Below, piece after piece: positions 60,101 through 64,000 of a stretch of DNA of 64,000 nt; positions within the stretch are counted from its first letter, which is position 1; each line of letters opens with the position of its first letter. A model generated the notes under the pieces. That model saw only the letters and a program-made list of their open reading frames with translations. It made no database searches and was not told where the DNA came from. Both the position numbers and the translations under genes were made by a program. Source of the DNA: Gammaproteobacteria bacterium (lineage in GTDB: Bacteria > Pseudomonadota > Gammaproteobacteria > UBA4575); the NCBI GenBank assembly GCA_965222615.1, contig CBDCUI010000009.1, positions 96,001 to 160,000 of the forward strand, written 5' to 3'.

Positions 60101-60385
60101 AATACAGCTAAGGATGGTGTAGAGGCAATTAACCTTATCCAAAAGCAAATTCCCTCAATTGTATTAACAGATCTGGAAATGCCACGTATGAATGGGTTAG
60201 AACTGTCGGATCATCTTCGATCGAATAAAGAGACTGAATTCACACCTATTATAATGATTACTTCTAAATCAACAGAAAAACACAGAGAAGAAGCGAAACG
60301 TTTGGGCGTGTCAGCATATATTACTAAGCCTTACGATGAAGACGAACTACTTGAGTTAATAAATTCATTTAAAGTTATTGCATAA
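57104..60385 (+). CDS. ChpA/CheA-like hybrid histidine kinase
   Basis: Hpt HTLKSAA, DFDPLEMDQF, HILRNAIDHGIE, DDGNG, GFST..SGRGVG, CheW domain and a C-terminal receiver. Confidence 0.92.
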   Translation: MQEDLSILEDLYNYIRKWSINSENKAEHINELLLEIELFSNQLAERSKKFKNFELFQHCLKLQDNLEILKENSPSPNQIKLLCEWPIQMRNYLQNYKKDNYKEDLKKFLCNSNWPSRYKRSEIDSLLSSDSKTDSNIQDKIKKGKYSKDCSPEQQELLDLINVELSVLLKSQKELASDIDKLGHDHKQLLEITEVQIEQIKRIGSASKMIGLSGLHQFCNHIQKNFAHIENKNPKQLISLLSQMLAWPEVIQAYLLDFDNSDSIQALLEYLSQENWPIKLSKQELNKLQALFNKSIVEPDISNAHKRIRKATPKLVSLKVSEDIDTDIFNSFMLDLPVQTEELSNAVQNLCDNNFLEYLEIAERITHTLKSAANTVGIQGIANLTHHLEDIFSALLKLKMKPSKCLHETIQNATDSLEEMSEYLEGAGSFPDKSVQVLQEILDWTNNIDEHGINYLKESKKGEVDSSVPQNLTAESKLNQRYNATSKNSKKMSTELSLRISACLVDGLLKRAGENIISNEQVRELVLHLKSSIQHLSTNNKKIKTLAQELDNLIGIRGFSPRQDSLTTNRDFDPLEMDQFNELHTFANQFMETSYDSVEFLHEIEESLLKLEKLSINQVRNLHENQEAVLRIRMIPVQSIVPRLKRAVRQACKSSNKLAKLEIFGEHIHVDSEYIHQLVDPIMHILRNAIDHGIETPDLRVKHSKNAEGKIQLIFKKEGNLIRVICRDDGNGLDLGLIKSKAIEKGLLNKNEEFTKELAIQIILQHGFSTKDKVSQLSGRGVGLAAVFTKIHEMKGSIEIETDKDVGVKVEIAIPTTFNSVHALIALCDDSTVAISNRGIDEILYAGAGNIISKSGQCYFKYLQQQYPVFDLQFMLDKTEKNSPVDDRVILIISDDANKKYAVTVDKIYDTRDVVVKPLGKFIPKILGLLGTTILGDGRIITVIDMIELIQTSSRSSETSEPSKKVQKSIEHQHALIVEDAISTRKSLAQFMRDIGFVVNTAKDGVEAINLIQKQIPSIVLTDLEMPRMNGLELSDHLRSNKETEFTPIIMITSKSTEKHREEAKRLGVSAYITKPYDEDELLELINSFKVIA

Positions 60386-60476
60386 AATGTGAGGAATTGC
60401 CGTATATTGATTTCTTTTGTAGATATTCGTATACATATTTTTATTTTGCAACGATGAGCAGGATTGATTTACTAAA

Positions 60477-61361
60477 ATGACTGAAGTTCAAGATTTAACA
60501 TTCGAGATTAATGATGAAACAGCTCGAACCATAGATGAAAGTTCTTTCAGCTTGGATACAGAGATTCCGGGCTATGAAGTAGTTGGTATTTGCGGTAGTG
60601 GTAGCACTGCTAAAGTTTATGTAGCTATCCAAAAATCATTAAGCCGTCAAGTCGCACTAAAAGTTATGCATCCTCGTCTAGCGTCTGATGAGGAACGTGT
60701 CAGCCGGTTTTTACATGAAGGACGCATAAATGGAAATCTTTCTCATGCCAATATCGTGCCGATTCATAATATTGGAACAGTAAATGATATGCACTACATT
60801 TCGATGGAATATATGCCTTGGGGTAATTTACGTCGACACCTCGAAACTAAACTTGAGCTTGATTGGATATTTGAAATTATAAAGCAAATTGCATTAGCTT
60901 TATCTTATTCACACGAACATGGGTTCATTCATCGAGATATTAAGCCTGAAAATATTTTATTTCGGGATGAAAACTCGGCAGTTCTCTCTGATTTTGGTAT
61001 TGCAGATGAACTAGAGCATCGTACTGAAATTATAAGCAAATCGAATCAAGGCACACCTAAGTACATATGTCCTGATCTGATTCGTTCTAGTCCAATTGGT
61101 CCTAGCTCTGACATTTACTCCCTAGGGGTAGTATTTTTTGAAATGCTTACTGGCAACCCTCCATATGAAAGTGGGACGCGACCCTACACAAGAAAAGATA
61201 CAATAACGGTTCTATTTGCACATTTGCGTAAACCAATACCTGAATTACCACCCGAATTCCAACACATACAACCTTTAATTAATAAAATGTTGGCAAAGGA
61301 TCCTAAAGACCGCTTTTATAAGGCAAGTGATGTAATTGAAGCGATTGCAAGCCTTAGTTAA
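60477..61361 (+). CDS. soluble kinase-only Hanks-type Ser/Thr kinase
   Basis: VALK, HRDIKPEN, DFG, GTPKY; close paralog of the kinase domain at 41338. Confidence 0.9.
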   Translation: MTEVQDLTFEINDETARTIDESSFSLDTEIPGYEVVGICGSGSTAKVYVAIQKSLSRQVALKVMHPRLASDEERVSRFLHEGRINGNLSHANIVPIHNIGTVNDMHYISMEYMPWGNLRRHLETKLELDWIFEIIKQIALALSYSHEHGFIHRDIKPENILFRDENSAVLSDFGIADELEHRTEIISKSNQGTPKYICPDLIRSSPIGPSSDIYSLGVVFFEMLTGNPPYESGTRPYTRKDTITVLFAHLRKPIPELPPEFQHIQPLINKMLAKDPKDRFYKASDVIEAIASLS

Positions 61362-61941
61362 AAGTTTACTGATAGCTTTTTGCTATATACAGCCATTTTA
61401 AAAAAGATAGAGTGCTGAACATTTAATAGCGCAAAATAAATTTTTTATAAAAATTTGTTGTTAATTTGCAAACACGTCCTAGCCTCTAATTTATATATTA
61501 AACAGTAAGTTATATAAATTTATTAAAGTTGTATAATAGCTTTGGTCAATTCGATATTACGCTGTATTTCAACTCCCCAATAGGTGCGTTAACCAGCAAT
61601 ACATGTTCGCGGGCATATAAAGGCATTAAGTAAACCTTATTCCTTAATACATACTTTTTATGGCGGATATTTGATAAGTAGGCATTTAGGGACTAGGATT
61701 TGTATTATTTATGGACTAAATATAATTAATTTGTCCTGAATCAATAGAAAATCAGATTTTCATTGCCATAGTTGATATCTGGTTAAGTGCTATAAAACCA
61801 TTAGCACTCATCCCTAAGTTAGGCTCTAACCCTGTCTAATGCATATACCTTAATGTTTGGGCATGCATCAAGTTATGCGCACTTTCTGAATAAGATATGC
61901 AAAAGAAAGTTAATTTAGAAATAGAACAAGGAGAGTTTTTT

Positions 61942-63300
61942 ATGAAAAAGATAATCTTTTTTTCAATGTGTGCACTGATAATCGTACTTCCATCTATTGT
62001 CACTGCCACCAATGGCTACTTTGCCCATGGTACAGGGCTGATTAATCGTTCTCTTGCAGGTGCTGGTGTTGCTTTTCCACAAGATGCCATGGCGGGTGCC
62101 ACAAATCCTGCAGGTATGGCTTTTATCGGCAACCGTTTTGATATTGGAGCGGTTTTATTTAAACCCGATCGTGATTATTCCGCTGGGCCTAGTCTTGCCA
62201 ATGGTAATGGCGGTGCTTTTACTATTGGGCCGGCATCGGAAAATAGTGGCGACGAAAATTTCATCATTCCAAGCTTTGGGATCAATTATATGCTGAATGA
62301 TCGAAATGCTATCGGCTTGTCCATTTATGGTAACGGCGGTCTAAACACTACTTATGATGGGGGCAGTGCCTCGTTCGATCCATTTGGTATGGGTGGTGCA
62401 GGCATCACGTTCCCGGGCACCTTTGGTGCAGGGACGGCAGGTGTGGATTTATTTCAAATCTTTTTCAATTTTTCTTATGCCCACAAGTTTACAAATAACT
62501 TTTCAGTAGGCATTAGTCCAATATTTGCACTGCAGGGTTTTCGTTCCGCAGGGTTGAACGCCTTTGCACCTTTTACCAAAACCTTTGCCCAAAGTGGTGG
62601 CATGGCGATGCCCATGAATTTAACCCGTAATGGCCAGGAGTATTCCTATGGAGGCGGTGTGCAAGTTGGAGCTTTAGCACGAGATGTAATGGGTACAGCC
62701 GATTTTGGAATTTCATATCGTTCAAAAATGTATATGGATGAATTTGATGATTATGCTGATCTGTTTGCAGAAGAGGGTGACTTTGATATCCCATCTACTT
62801 TATGGGCAGGATTTGCAGTAGATCTCACACAAACTGTCACCTTAATCGCTGACTATCAAAAGATTTGGTATGACGATAGTGACGCAGTTAGCAACGATAT
62901 ACAAAATCTATTTAACTGCCCAACTTTAGGAGGCTCTGATTTTGAAAGTTGCTTGGGTGGTGAGAATGGTGCAGGGTTTGGTTGGGATAATATCGATATC
63001 ATAAAAGTTGGACTACAGTGGCAAACTCACCCTGACGTGACGGTGCGTTTTGGTTATAGCCATACCGACCAACCTATCGATAGTGATCAGGTGTTATTTA
63101 ATATTCTTGCGCCTGGTGTAATAGAGGATCATGTCACTATCGGTGCAACGATTGAAACTCAAATGGGTAAATTTAATCTAGAGGCCATGCATGCTTTACA
63201 TCATTCTGTTAAAGGTGCGAATCCTTTTGACCCAACTCAACAGATTCGGATTAAAATGAATCAATTTGAAATCGGAGCAAGCTGGTCCAAAGAGTTCTAG
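61942..63300 (+). CDS. FadL/OmpP1-family outer membrane transporter
   Basis: Signal peptide, TNGYFAHG, LAGAGVA, NPAG, FNILAPGV, terminal Phe; GGAG RBS before ATG 61942. Confidence 0.9.
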   Translation: MKKIIFFSMCALIIVLPSIVTATNGYFAHGTGLINRSLAGAGVAFPQDAMAGATNPAGMAFIGNRFDIGAVLFKPDRDYSAGPSLANGNGGAFTIGPASENSGDENFIIPSFGINYMLNDRNAIGLSIYGNGGLNTTYDGGSASFDPFGMGGAGITFPGTFGAGTAGVDLFQIFFNFSYAHKFTNNFSVGISPIFALQGFRSAGLNAFAPFTKTFAQSGGMAMPMNLTRNGQEYSYGGGVQVGALARDVMGTADFGISYRSKMYMDEFDDYADLFAEEGDFDIPSTLWAGFAVDLTQTVTLIADYQKIWYDDSDAVSNDIQNLFNCPTLGGSDFESCLGGENGAGFGWDNIDIIKVGLQWQTHPDVTVRFGYSHTDQPIDSDQVLFNILAPGVIEDHVTIGATIETQMGKFNLEAMHALHHSVKGANPFDPTQQIRIKMNQFEIGASWSKEF

Positions 63301-63678
63301 GTGTGTCAATGCAAGATAATAATGGGAGTTTTTGTAGTTTTATTTTTATCTTGCCAACTAATAGTTGGTAAACTAGCGATGAATGTGTTGCGGTCCATCT
63401 GTTTGATGAAGACTATGAATACTCAGTAAAAAGTGATCGTGACACTACTCTTGCTTGTAGCGTGGCAATGAGTATCAGCATAAAACCAAAACTTAGCGAT
63501 GTTTGGCATCTGCTATATAGGCTAATATACTTTTGAAGCCATGCAATATTGCTCCATCATAAGTTACTTATTGACCGTTTGAAGCACGGAAGTAGGGTTG
63601 GCTGACTAGCTGTTCAGTAAGTAGTTGACTTTTTAATAAATGGTAAAATATAACCCAATGCTTTCTATGAGTATCGTT

Positions 63679-63766
63679 GCCCGGGTGGCGGAATTGGTAG
63701 ACGCAAGGGACTTAAAATCCCTCGCCTGAATAAGGCGTGCCGGTTCGACTCCGGCCCCGGGCACCA
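63679..63766 (+). tRNA. tRNA-Leu (TAA)
   Basis: Acceptor stem GCCCGGG/CCCGGGC, anticodon arm AGGGA-CTTAAAA-TCCCT, long variable arm, ACCA end. Confidence 0.97.
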
Positions 63767-63854
63767 TAATAATTAATGAGATATGATATTTTCTTAATGT
63801 GTCTTATTGCTTTAAATCCAGCAAAAGAATTGGCCCAAAATAGCTGGAATGAAT

Positions 63855-64000
63855 ATGAGTAGACTAAGCTTTCAAAGGGGCTTTTCCGAGGACAGTCGAT
63901 ATACTGCAGCACAACTATATGATGAAGCGTTCGGCCCTAAATTCTCAGTAGCGATAAAATCTAAGCAAGAACGTCTCGCGATTCTCACAAGTAGTTTCGT
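63855..64000 (+). CDS. 5' part of a probable GNAT-family acetyltransferase, runs off the window
   Basis: MSRLSFQRGFSEDSRYTAAQLYDEAFGPKFSVAI...; frame open to the end of the window. Confidence 0.5.
   Translation, partial: MSRLSFQRGFSEDSRYTAAQLYDEAFGPKFSVAIKSKQERLAILTSSF

Noticed and set aside
733-62794. Many short ORFs nested in or antisense to long genes
   Set aside because: No recognisable motifs; explained as shadows of well-supported CDSs.
52626-63678. Active integrative element at tRNA-Cys
   Set aside because: No integrase, transposase or duplicated tRNA 3' end was seen.
63712-63912. 66-aa minus-strand ORF
   Set aside because: Overlaps tRNA-Leu antisense and the next plus-strand gene; a shadow ORF.

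Overview
AT-rich (roughly 35-40% GC by eye) bacterial DNA, most likely gammaproteobacterial (Pil/Chp chemosensory genes, tRNA-Cys/tRNA-Leu(TAA), LoiP, FadL). Five blocks: (1) 1-4304 glutamate-synthase-like genes: a GXGXG+FMN fusion resembling N-methylglutamate synthase MgsBC, then a GltD-like Fe-S flavoprotein fused to a degenerate FMN barrel. (2) 4401-24108 a complete group 2a-type [NiFe] uptake hydrogenase locus with an extended hyp operon, a sigma54 activator with a pseudo-receiver domain, a sigma54 promoter, repeated TGTAAA-N5-TTTACA palindromes and two HiPIP-like proteins. (3) 24125-49692 an unusual Tad/Flp pilus locus with a TadZ-TadA fusion, a TPR-containing TadB, an extra PilB/GspE ATPase, a pentapeptide-repeat protein, three FHA membrane proteins and a Ser/Thr kinase, followed by a TadE-like gene, a signal-peptide-bearing Rhs WHH-nuclease and a SUKH immunity gene. 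This is the best candidate for an undescribed system: phosphorylation-gated, Tad-linked toxin delivery. (4) 49715-53027 small accessory genes and several gene remnants around tRNA-Cys, including an inverted, internally deleted copy of part of the downstream MCP gene. (5) 53771-64000 a minimal Pil/Chp-like chemosensory operon, a paralogous soluble kinase, FadL, tRNA-Leu and the start of a probable GNAT gene. All calls are from motif reading only; no database searches were run.
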